64,000 nucleotides of DNA from Heterodontus francisci. Lineage: Eukaryota. The notes beneath the pieces were generated by a model. It saw nothing but the letters and a program-made list of their open reading frames with translations. It made no database searches and was not told the origin of the DNA. The position numbers were made by a program, and so were the translations under genes. The DNA lies in the NCBI RefSeq assembly GCF_036365525.1, contig NC_090397.1, positions 31,176,352 to 31,240,351 of the forward strand. The letters run 5' to 3'. How positions within the stretch are numbered: position 1 is the first letter of the stretch; each line of letters opens with the position of its first letter. Positions 22,461 through 34,100 of the stretch are shown here, piece by piece.

Positions 22461-23494
22461 GAAGGAGACAGACAAGCACAGGTCTGTCAGTCAGTCAGGA
22501 AGGAGGAGGACGAGTTAGGGGAAGGCCTGGAGGATTCCCAAATCAAACCCCATACTGTCCTGTTAGCCGACACCCAAGTGTTGGGTAAATTAGATACCGC
22601 ACTCTCCTCTTTAAATGCAGATCAAAGTGGAGCCCGAACAAGGCTGCTCACAGCATTTACAGAAATCTGCAGGAACAAGGAAAGTTCCCAAAAGGGCAAG
22701 CCAAAAATGGGGGAAGGTGCCTCACTTAGTTGAGGTGCCACAGGGGAGTGCAGTGAAAGCTAGACAGAAACATGCGAGCAGTAATGTTCCAGAGGACATA
22801 GGGCACATTAGAAAAAAGACCCTCCCCAAAGTAATGGGAAGAGGGAAGGAAAAATGCACTAAAGTAAACAGCATTTATGTCAATCGCCAGAAAACTAAAA
22901 GTGAGGTCAGTAAGGTTCTACCTGCTGAGGAATCCTGTGATCAGGTCCCAAATCCAAAGAAAATCAAACCCAACAATTTAGATTCAGAACTCAGCAAGAA
23001 CAAGGGCACGGAGGGAATCTCAGACAGCTCAAGGGGCTGAAACACAATTTATCACCCACTATCACGATAGAGATAAGAATTATCAATGTGCCGGAACCTG
23101 CATGGTTAAAGCCATGCGTTGTGGAAACAGCAGTTAAGAGGTTAAAGCTTGTACATACAAGAGAACTTGCCACCAGCAGTAGCAGAAATTTGCATACTAC
23201 TAGCTGCACCAATAATCACATGTTTATTGAGATGAACATTCCCAGAGTATTACAGATTGATGCTGGAGAAACACTAACCCCATTTGACAACACGTAACCC
23301 AAAAGAAATGCATTTTTTAATGGTACCTCATCCAAAGGAAGGATGATGATAAAACTCTAAAAATGTAAACCAGAGCGTAGCTATGGCAGTGTGAGTTTGA
23401 GAAATGAGTGTTTGAGAATGAATGTGTGTTTTCTTTCCCCAAAACCTTGTAATGAAATGCTCCTGTCATCATTTCATTCCGCATGGTGTGGGGG

Positions 23495-23973
23495 TGTTAA
23501 GAAAATGTGCTGTGCCAAATGAGGATTTTTAATCTATCAGTTGGAAACTTGGATTATTCTTTTAAACACAAGAGACAGAAAGAAACTGATAAAAGTCACT
23601 GCTAAACAGCTAAAAATGGCATCTGAATACCTTATACATCAAGGTATCAAAGGAGAGACAGATGACTGAGCTAGCCACCACTAGAACAATGCCTCATGAA
23701 TTTGGAATCAACTAACAGCTTCACTTCTAATGGCAAAACATTCAAAGCCATCTTGGAACATTAATAGTGGAAGATAAACCCCTCCAGGGCAAATATTGAA
23801 ACAATGAGACCCGAGAGAGATTGGGAATTCCTAGACTTGAATCTAATTAAATTACAAATGAGGACATTGGACAGCCATGTGACTGCCTCCCCATCTGTGA
23901 AAAAACTAGCAGTCTTTTGCTACAAAGAGACAAGCTCCTGAGACTTTGACATATGCAGAACCCATAAGGGATG

Positions 23974-24019
<46 letters not shown>

Positions 24020-24526
24020 GGTGACCTTGGGGTGTTCAAAGCTTGCCTGCTGGCTGCAAAAGATCCAAGTCCAAGACAAAGACCCCTGGGAAGAAGAACA
24101 CCTGCTCCACTGTCTCCAAGAACCTCAGGATTCGAGATTCAGCCGGAAGACAACTGAATTACAGACACCACAGAATATATATTCTTTTTATTTGATCCAA
24201 ACTCTATTCCAACCACTATTCCTCTCCACTGTGTAATCTATTTGTGTTTGTGATTCTCATGTGTGTGTGAGTGAAAGTGTTATGTCGTTTATTATTTTTA
24301 CTGAGATCGGATTTTTGGTTAAGTACAATAAACTCATCTCTTCTTGTTTGGTCTCAAGAAAACCTGTCCGATTGGTTCTTTTATGATCACAAGAAAGGTA
24401 AAAGATTAAATGGTCATTGAAGTGATAAGCACGTCCATTGTTTAAAAAGGAATAAACCCTGTTGTGGTCAAACAAGGTGAAGGACAAGAGGGGACCTTTG
24501 TGACCCCTCCTCACCTGATCGTAACA
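23495..24526 (+). repeat. 3' LTR, preceded by a G-rich PPT-like tract
   Basis: GGTGTGGGGG|TGTTAAGAAAATGTGC...CTCACCTGATCGTAACA; contains a (TC)n microsatellite at ~23974-24016. Confidence 0.92.
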
Positions 24527-24597
24527 ATGCACTTGGGATCCTGATTGCAATTTTAACGGACACATGGATGAAGTGTGTCTGCTATGCAGAATCTGTC

Positions 24598-24770
24598 CAT
24601 AGAATTATAGAATCATAGAATGGTTACAGCACAGAAGGAGACCATTTTGCCCATTGTGTCTGTGTTGGCTCTCTGCAAGAGCAACTCACCTAGTCCCACT
24701 CCCCTGCCTTTTCCCCGTAGCCTTGCAAATTGTTTCTCTTCAGATAATTATCCAGTTCTCTTTTGACGGC
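24598..24770 (-). mobile_element. CR1 3' tail
   Basis: CATAGAATTATAGAATCATAGAATGGTTACAGCACAGAAGGAG. Confidence 0.75.
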
Positions 24771-25118
24771 CTTGATCGTCCTGATGTTGTGTGGAATAAA
24801 TGGGACCTCTAATGGTCACTTCAACCATAGCCCCAAAACACTTTCTTTGTTATATTTTTGTGAATCCAGGAGGAACAGGAGTGCTCTTTCTGGGTGTACA
24901 AAAATACTGCAAACTGGTGCCAGCCTGTGTTCTTCCCCTTCTGATATGCCAGGACCTACCTGAAGGCTGCACAACATCTAACCGATGTATTATATAAGTT
25001 TAACGTAACTTCTCTGCTTTAGAACTCTACTCATCTAGAAATGACTGGCTTGCTCTACAGAGAGCTGGCATGGGCTTGATGGGCCAAGTGGCCTCCTTCT
25101 GTGCAATAATTACTCTAT

Positions 25119-26139
25119 GGATGGAATTTTGTGCTGGTGGCGGGGATCTCGACGTCGGGGAAAACCGATGCTGAGAGCCCTGCATCGGCTCTTGTACGGA
25201 AGGTCAGCCGAATTTAGTGCCAATCAGGCACTTAACTGGGCAACAGCAGGCCTTCTGTACAATTTAGGACCCCACCGCCCAATGCCCCGATCTTGTAGAA
25301 CTTCTGGCCAATCAGAGGTCGGCAGCTACAGCGCTACCGCAGAGGGCTGCTGCTGCAGCTGCAGCCACCAAACACCGAGCAGCGGCACTGGAACCAGGCT
25401 CAAGGTAGGTCAGGGTGGGAGGGGTCTCATGGGGAAGGGGGGGGGTCAGCAGCAAGGGCAGGGGGTTGGCCCTCAATGTAAGGCTGGCTACCCGACCTGA
25501 ACCCAACCAAACCAGACGACATGTGTCGGGATTGGGTCCAGTTGGTTCTATGTTTGGTGTCCAACATTCGGGCTCGGCTCGGCTCGGCTCGGGTCGGGTT
25601 CGGGTTGGATGCGTGTTTGTTTTGTATTGTTTTCTGTTTGATCTACGTTTTGACGCGATTTTATTTTTCTGTATTGCTAACATGTTTGATATTTTCGGGT
25701 CCGGTTGGGCATGAAAAAGAATTGAAGGACACGGGCCCGGGTCAGGTGCGGGATGGCTGTGATCGGGTCAGGCCCGGGTCGGGTTTTAATTTTATACCTG
25801 AGCCAGGCTTTATCTGAGTGGGCTCCCCCCCCACCACCTTCCAAAGCCGGGAAGCAGCCCACACGGCTTTGCGTGCCATGCTTCCCATACAGGGGCAGGG
25901 TCGCCCGCCACACGGGTAATTGCGGCTGCAGCGGGAAGAGGTCCTTAATTAGGGGTTAATTACCCAGTTAAGGGCCTCAATTGGCGGTGGGGAGGGAAGG
26001 ACGTTCACAGGCCTTCCCGCTCTGGACTAAATTTCGGCGCAGGCAGGATGGTGGCGAGGTCCTTCCCGCCACCATCCCACCCAATTTTATGATCTCCCTG
26101 CCTCCAACCCGCCGTGGGGGAGAGCATAAAATTCCACCC
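25119..26139. mobile_element. Harbinger-like MITE
   Basis: TIRs GGATGGAATTTT / AAAATTCCACCC and 3-bp TSD TAT; inserted in a CR1 microsatellite tail. Confidence 0.7.
25479..25812. mobile_element. Nested hAT-like MITE
   Basis: Ends TAAGGCTGGC / GCCAGGCTTTA, subterminal ACCCGA and TCGGGT repeats in inverted orientation, degenerate 8-bp TSD (CCTCAATG / TCTGAGTG). Confidence 0.55.
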
Positions 26140-26149
26140 TATGACTCCA

Positions 26150-26430
26150 TGAACCCCAGTACTTTGTTTGCATATTTTATGGCTCTGTTAACCTGCATTG
26201 CTACATTTAATGATTTGTGAATCTGTATCCTGAATCCTTTGCTCCTCTAACCCATTTAGGCACTTCCTAGATATCAACTACATCTCCCAATTTGGTATTG
26301 TCTGTAAATTTTGATATTGCACTTCTGTTTCCCAAGTCCAAGTTATTTATATAAATGGTGAACAGCAGAGGTCGCAGTACTAATCCCTGTTGAACATCAT
26401 TTCCTACCTTCTGGCAGTTTGAGTAACTGA
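26150..26430 (-). mobile_element. Old CR1 RT fragment
   Basis: ORF 26267-26461 VQQGLVLRPLLFTIYINNLD..KFTDNTKLG. Confidence 0.7.
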
Positions 26431-28089
26431 AGTTACTATTTATTGCAAATAATGTGAACACAATTTTAAATTAAATTAAAAGATAATCGCCATCTGCTTA
26501 TCCTGATGTTTTGTCTGGCATTGCCCTCTAATCTTTCTTGAAAGATGAGATAATACTTCAAGCCATTCTTTATGTAGCAATTTTTAAAGCATTAACAAAG
26601 GTATCTTGATACTTAATGTTTAAAGGTCGCCCCAGCAATCATTTTGTTTGAGATAATATCATGATATATTGCCAAACTGTTCTCAATTTTGCACTGAAAC
26701 CATTTCACGTGCCCCCTCGTAAAAAAGAGCCTTGGAGTTTCTCGAATCGAGTTTGTAAACAAATTGAGGAGCAGTTGAAGTGTCTGACTGAGCTGCTACT
26801 GAATTTACACTGGATTATTAGAGAAGAAATATGCACTGCAATAATACTTACACCTGCAACAAATTGCATGAAAACTGATATGATTATTTCATTATCATGG
26901 ACACTGCTGTTACTCTAACTGTGAATTGTGTAATTATTCATGTAAATAGATCCTAATTAAATTTTGGCGCACTAAAAAATTCTTCTGCTTCTGGACTGAA
27001 TATGGTTCACTCTGGTTAAGTGTTTAACATTTTAAGTAGGCCATTGTGTGTAATTCGGGAAAGATCATCTACAAACATTTGAATTTGTTAACTAAATCCA
27101 GGAATGAAAAGGATATGACGTGTACTTTCACATCTATTTCCCTGGATTCTATTACTCTGAAGTGGTCCCATTCCATTGTTACAACATCCTGTGTCTACAT
27201 TAAACCAAATCGCAGTAAATATATATTTAGGGTTGTTTCCCAAAAAGCATAGCTGGTTAACTCTGGACAAGTTGATGGTTAATCTAGTCAGTCACAAAGC
27301 CGAGTACAATACTAATAATGCATTGTATGCGATTAACATAAAATACCTGTAAGCATTGGCAAAGCATTCAGGAATCAGATGTAGAGAAAGAAAATGCACA
27401 GGATGGTCTGTGTTTCATAACACTGTATCTGGCCTCCAGCAGTGTCCTTGATTAAAATGTCAAGGTTTCTAATTTGACTCTATTTAGTTACTGGCATAGA
27501 ATAGAGTAGATACTTTCGGCCCAAGGTAATGAAACATTTAAAAAAACTCTGATTTCAGTTAGGAAGAGTTTTGTTTCCAATCAGCAAATGATCCAAGTGT
27601 ATTACTGAAGGCCTGCCCGTACAAATTAGACTGACCTCTTGGCCCACTTCTGATTCGCTGCTATCCTCCCTGTGCTACATTCAAATTAGTTTTCCAAGAA
27701 ATTTTATAAATGGCTCACAATGGGAAGTTTGACGTAATTCATGGCGTACATTGCTGTTTGTGCTGTTCCAGGAAATTCCAGGCCAATAGTTTAAATTACT
27801 ATGTCAACATTTCCCATTCAATTTTTCTGTGTCAACTGTCACACAGCAGCAGCAGCAGCCCAGTGGCAGATTTGCCCAGATCTGATCGGCATTTTAATTT
27901 TTTTCCCTGTTTCTGAGTAAAACAACATGAAATTTTGTTCTCCTTTTAACTTTTGGCTGTTTCTACTAGATTTTTCCTGTTTCTGAAGTGTGACAGGTAT
28001 ATTTTATTTTTGCTTTCATGCAACTTATTTTTTACTTTCATGAAACATCTTCATACGTTTACCTGTTAGCTGTAATTGTGAGATGTGAG

Positions 28090-28820
28090 ATTATTAATAT
28101 ATTATAGACACAGATATTTACACTTTAAATGAAATTTTGCACTACATTTAATGATATATATCTAAAATTTATACTGTAGATATTTGTACTATAAATATCT
28201 ACAGTAAAATTTACTGCATATATAAAATATTTACAGTATATTTTCATTATAGATATGTCCTGTATATTTATGTACAAATATTCACAGTATATATTGACAT
28301 AGAATTTTATAGCACAGAAACAGGCCATTTGGCCCTATAAGTATATGCCAATGTTTATGCTCCATACACTCCTCCTCTCATCTTACTTCATCTAACTCTA
28401 TCAGCATAACCAGCTATTCCATTCTCCCTCATGTACTTATCAGCTTCACCTTAAATGCATCTATGCTATTCACCTCAATCACTCCATGTGGTAGTGAGTT
28501 CCACATTCTCTGAGTGGAGATATTTATGTCATTTTTGTACTACTATATAAAAACATCTGCACTATATTAACAATTGCACGCTTATATGTCAACAATTATA
28601 CAATATTTATATATGACTAAATGCACTAAATATATCAATATTTACATCATATATTTATATATGAATATTTGCACTATATTAATATTTTATCATAACCATA
28701 CATAAAATAATAACTATACTATATAGCATTAATTACACTGTTTATATATCAAGATTTGAAATGTACATATTTATTTATCAAAATAGAAATATTATGTGTA
28801 TTACATTTAATATTTTGCAA
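28090..28820. repeat. AT-rich low-complexity/degenerate tandem region, interrupted by a minus-strand CR1 tail (~28298-28512)
   Basis: Recurrent ATATTTACAGTATAT / ATATTTGCACTATAT units. Confidence 0.6.
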
Positions 28821-28865
28821 GACCTGAGTTTCCATAATGGGAGAAATCTTAAACAATTGTTTTCC

Positions 28866-29135
28866 ACAAGTTCTGCCTGTGTCTGCGTGGGTTTCCTCCA
28901 GGTGCTCCGGTTTCCTCCCACATGCCAAAGACTTGCTGGTTGATTGGCCTTTATAAATTGTCCCTATTATAGGTAGGTGGTAGGGAAATATAGGGACAGA
29001 TGGGGATGTGGTAGTAATGTGGAATTAGTGTAGGATTAGTATAAAATGGGTGGTTGATGGTCGGCACAGACTCGGTGGGCCGAAGGGCCTGTTTCAGTGC
29101 TGTATCTCTAAACTAAACTAAACTAAACTAAGCTA
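28866..29135 (+). mobile_element. 5'-truncated HE1/V-SINE
   Basis: V-core and tail as in 4531-4872; (CTAAA)n 3' repeat. Confidence 0.9.
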
Positions 29136-30000
29136 AACTGGGTATTGCTTGAGCATAGATGTATGCTGAGCTGATTTCCAACACTCAGAAGATTACTGCC
29201 AGCAGTTAATGTGGAAACATTTGGAGCTGCTATCAAAGTGGAATGGAAAATATTCAGGATTTTACATGTCATCATGTAAATGATCTGCACTCTTTTGTTT
29301 TGGTTGCTGCTTCAAAGGATGTGAACATAGAATATGGTTAATTTGATGAGGAGAGTAAAGAGGATTAGTTCTGTATGTCTGAAGGAGACAGATTGGTTTC
29401 ACAGAATGAGAGGACAACAACTGGGAAGAGTGATATGAGCTGAAGTTTGCTTTAAGCTTCCTAAACTGTGCTGTATGGGAGGTAGACAGACAGCAGGCAT
29501 ATAAATGTGATTGGATTAGACATGCCTGTAACTCTGAAGTGGCTGCACAAGTCTCTGTTGAGCTGTTGCTGGATCTGTTGTGAACCTGCTGAGGTGCTGC
29601 TCCACACATTTCTTCTTCCCAGCATGCCATCTAGATGTTTCGCTATCACTGAACAGAAAACTCCTACTTGCTGGTCCCTGTCTTCTTAAGCAGCAGACCT
29701 TTAACCCATTCCCTCTGAAAGCTGGGATCTTTCGCGACCATCTGTTTGCATGACACACAGAACAGGAAATGTGTGTGTGTAAACTGAGCAACAGTAGAAA
29801 CTATTTTGCCCTAAGGAGACTCTGATGGTTACTAGTGGTCTGTTTAATATAAAGTGTCTTTTTGATACATTTTTAATTGTTTCTTTTCCAGATACATTTT
29901 ATCACTACTAAAAATGTTCATTAGCAGGGAGTCTATTATTAGCAGAGTATCAAAGCTTATAAGATGTGAATTAAGCAAAATGAGAGCAAATAATTTTTTG

Positions 30001-30307
30001 GCGGCACAGTGGTTAGCACCGCAGCCTCACAGCTCCAGGGACCCGGGTTCGATTCTGGGTACTGACTGTGCGGAGTTTGCAAGTTCTCCCTGTGACCGCG
30101 TGGGTTTTTGCCGGGTGCTGCGGTTTCCTCCCACCGCCAAAGACTTGCAGGTGATAGGTAAATTGACCATTGTAAATTGCTCCTAGTGTAGGTGGGTGGT
30201 CGGGAATATGGGATTACTGTAGGGTTAGTATAAATGGGTGGTTGTTGGTCGGCGCAGACTCGGTGGGCCGAAGGGCCTGTTTCAGTGCTGTATCTCTAAA
30301 AAAAAAG
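30001..30307 (+). mobile_element. HE1/V-SINE, shorter subfamily
   Basis: GCGGCACAGTGGTTAGCACC..GGTTCGATTCT..V-core..GGGCCTGTTTCAGTGCTGTATCTCTAAAA; lacks ~30 bp of the internal G-rich segment. Confidence 0.9.
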
Positions 30308-30491
30308 AAATCCGTGTGCAGAATTCCCATTGTAACTCCATAGTTTCTCTTAAAAATATCTCTATGGGGTCAGAATACCAAATGCTGAAATTTTGCAGGT
30401 AGACCTATATACGCACCATATCTGTTAACCTGTAAGAATGTTGATTAGAATGTAATGTTGTTGGATGTAAAAGCACAGAAACAGACTCTCT

Positions 30492-31145
30492 GGGTTGGAT
30501 TTTTCCATGGGCTTCGGGACCAAATGTGCGTCCTGAGCTGGCTGCAAGACCGGCAGTACGGTCTTCCGTGAGGCAGCCTCCTAATTGGCTGCCTCCACTC
30601 TCACCATCCTATTAAGGATGATGGGCGGGCTCCCGATGATGCAGGCCCAATCAGAGGGCTGGCAGACTTACTGGGAGAGGTGGGCATTGCTGAGGCAGAT
30701 TGGCGACTGTAAGGGCGTCTCAACATGGACCTCACTGGCCAACACAGAATACAGAAAATTAAGACTCCCGAAGGCAGTAGGGACAACAGGATAGAGAGAA
30801 AATCCCTTTGTTGGATTAGGCTCGGCCACCCTTGCAGCCTTTCATCCAAGTGGCCACCTCCAACGAGCTGGCGGGGGTCACCGCATGCGGTGGCAGGATG
30901 GGGGAGGGCCGCTGTGCTGGTGGAATAGTTACAGCGATGCTGCAAAATCGCCCCTAATTGGAGCCTAACCATCCTAATTAGCTGCCTGATGCTGTGGAGT
31001 GGGCAGCCGATCCGATTCCCAGCCTGCCTTAGGAAACTTTCACGGTAACGGGAATGCATCAGGGAGCTGTCCTGGCGCGGCTATTTTCCTAGCTCCACAC
31101 CCCCTCCACCAAGCCTACCACCTTGGGGCTGGGAAAATCCAGCCT
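30492..31145. mobile_element. Harbinger-like MITE
   Basis: TIRs GGGTTGGATTTT / AAAATCCAGCC. Confidence 0.6.
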
Positions 31146-34100
31146 TTTATGTTCCTGGATTTTTTTAGTAAGTGAATTTCCTAAATTTTTCTCCGCTCTG
31201 CCATCGTATCTTTGCTGCAAGTCCGTCAGATCCCCTTTAATTGCGTAAATAGGGTTTCCACTGCACAGACAATGAAGTTCTGATGGTGGAGAGAGTAAAG
31301 CTCCAAGAAAATTTGCCCTCTTTCCTTTTTTTTTACGCTTGACATCTAGACTGTTTTTGTCTTACCTGCTCATCTCCCAGCGTGCTGCTGAAGACTGGAG
31401 GCTGAACAGAAATTCCCTGAAATTCAGCTGCCTACATCCGTTTTGCATGTGTTTCACACCAATGTGTGTACAAATGAGCTTATCCAGGTAACTTGCATGT
31501 AACCCCTTTTGCTGGTCACCAATTTGGAAGGCACAATGATTCACTTCATGGGGCAATAGTGGATTAAATCACGTTGCGGAAGCTCAAGGCCTTTAGCGAA
31601 CTATATTTGTTGTTGTAGTTCTAAACTAGGCAGCAACCACTCATTCACCACCTCACCTAGACTCTAGCAAGGAACCTAGGATGGTGTAAAGAGAGCAATG
31701 ATGCATGTTTTCCATTTGCAGGCATGGTGTTTTTTTTCAAAAAGGGATAAGTAGAATGCAACCTAAAGTTATCCAAAATGGATAAAAGTTAGGTATTTGT
31801 AAAATAACCCAAAACTATCTAGTTTGGATCATTTAGAGTTTTCAATTTGGATGGTTTGAACCCTAAATTATTTCCTTTAAGTATAATCTATTTAAGTGCA
31901 TGTTTCAATTTTAAACAATGTAAAAAATCAATTTAAAAATAAACATCTTTTTTGAATTGATTGGTATTTTATTTAGATTATTGCTGGAATTTGTTTTTCA
32001 CTTCTTCCTGAAAAACACTGAAGAACAACTAGCACTTACAGAACAGTTTCAATGTCCTCAGGACGTTTTGAAGTGCTTCGCAGTCAGTGAATTACTTCTG
32101 AAGTGTAGTCCCTTGATTTGTAAGTAAGCGAGATGGCCAATTTGGGTACAGCAATGGTAAACAAAGAAGTGTAAAGATTCTAGTGGCACCATTGCTACCC
32201 ATCGCTTTGGCCCTTCCTTGACTTTATCCTGAATCCTGGGCATGGGGTCATTACCAATAATAGAGGCTGAGGTCCCACATCAGTAGAACTGCAGCAGGGG
32301 TGTCCACCCAGCATACAACACAGTGTCTCAGAGCAGCTGAACCACAGACAGGTAGGCTAAAGAATTTATACTTCTTTACTCACTCTGTATTAGGCCCAGA
32401 ATCAAATGGCATTTGATCACTCTTTCCTGGTGGAGTCCACTTGCAGCCCTGCTTTCTACAGCCATCAATACCGTTGGGCCTAATGACACCATATCTAATA
32501 GTCACTACACTTCAGAAGTACTTCATTGGCTGTAAAGCGCTGTGGGACACCATGAGATTGTGAAAGGCGCTATATAAATGCAAGTCTTTTTCTTTCATAT
32601 CTGGTGGGATTCCTGGAGTATCCCAGGGCTGCCTCCACACACTTCTTTAAACTGAGGTAGCAACACGGGATGGAGGGAGGGTCAGGGGGCCCAATTCTGC
32701 CTGGTTGGGAATTTCTGTCATTGTCTATGAGGAGGAACCTGGAACTTCCACCAAATCTAAAGCCTGAATTCCACCTCAAGGAGGAGCTGAATTTTTCTGC
32801 TACGAAACCTAGACTACACATCCCTCCATTAGCTGAGCTGAATCTAAACCACTTTCTCTTTACATTTGGAACCAAAACAGGAATTTAATACCACTGAAAA
32901 ATACTTAACACAGGCATTTTGTATGCCACCTTAATATTAATTTGCTCACATCATAGCACATTTTAATTCCAGGTTTAATTTCAAATCTATTCCAAAAGAA
33001 TTTGGAGCAATTTCAATTTTAGTGATAATAAAACTTCAACTTATTATGCAGAAAGGAGAGCAGCTGACGATTGGTATTACAAAACAAGTCACATTCCGGC
33101 TTGCTACTCTGAACAGAGTATTTGTACTGTCTCCAGCCTAGAAATAGTGTGTCCTTGTTGCTTCATAAACTGCCTGGTTCCTGATAAGCCTAATTCCTGA
33201 GATAGCTACTGTGCTTTTAAGCTTGCTTCAAAATATGCGGCTTCCTTTTATGTGACTTGCCCGGCCAAGGACAGACTGACCATTCAGTTGACTGGCTAAT
33301 CAGTAATGGGTAACAGTGCTGGATCTGACCGTGCTCTACAGCAGCTGAACTCTTTTCCACATATTTGCAAAACTGTGCACAGAATAAGTGACAGAAACTG
33401 AAAGCATAATTGTTCCCCTGTGCACTGGATATGTCACATCAGCTACCATCATTATAACTGATTTTATATGACGGCAAATCTCATGCTCATCACTGCTATC
33501 TTATGTCAGAACTCAGTAATTATAAATCAGACATCAATTTTTTGTAAATTATATAATTTAAAAAACATTCCTCAATAACGTAAATGAAAAATCTGTGAAA
33601 ACTGTTGTGTTTAGAAACGGCATGTTGGTTGTTTGTGATTGTGGTGTGCCATCCTACTACTAAGGATTGATTTTCTTGGCCTGTCCTTTGCTCCAGTGCT
33701 GCAATGGGGTAATAAACCTCAAATACGCTGCACCTATCCAGGCCCAGGGGCATTGGGAGTTTCTGTTTTGGGCTGTTAACATGGCTTGTGAATACCACAA
33801 CTGTAGACCTATATTCCAGAAAACAGGAGTGCAATTGTAGCAGCCTGCAGCTATGCTTCAGGCCAGCAACATCTAGGCCTTCTGGCAGCTGCCAAGGCCC
33901 AAAGATCATCCTAAAGGGTGGCAATAAAGGTTTCATTGACCTTCCTGCTTCCTCTTCAGCCTGAACTCAGGACCTCTCCCCACAGGCCCTCTGCTTCACA
34001 CGGGTCCCCAGCACCAGGCACAATGTCTACTTTTTTAAGCGTGCAACCAATAGGAGAAGAATCAGTAGGTGGGAATGTGCCCTCCCACCTTATTCCAATA

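Larger units (their letters stand above)
16675..24526 (+). mobile_element. Gmr1-like Ty3/Gypsy LTR retrotransposon with both LTRs; decayed and lacking RT
   Basis: TG...CA ends and a perfect 4-bp TSD ATGC (16671-16674, 24527-24530). 5' LTR 16675-19240, 3' LTR 23495-24526. Domain order is gag, zinc knuckle, protease, integrase. Confidence 0.92.

Noticed and set aside
22615-23297. env gene of an endogenous retrovirus
   Set aside because: No signal peptide, furin site, CX6CC motif or transmembrane helix; the integrase and domain order are Gypsy/Gmr1-like
27093-27150. Possible miRNA hairpin (AATCCAGG...CCTGGATT)
   Set aside because: Only a short terminal stem with a poorly paired interior and no recognisable mature miRNA
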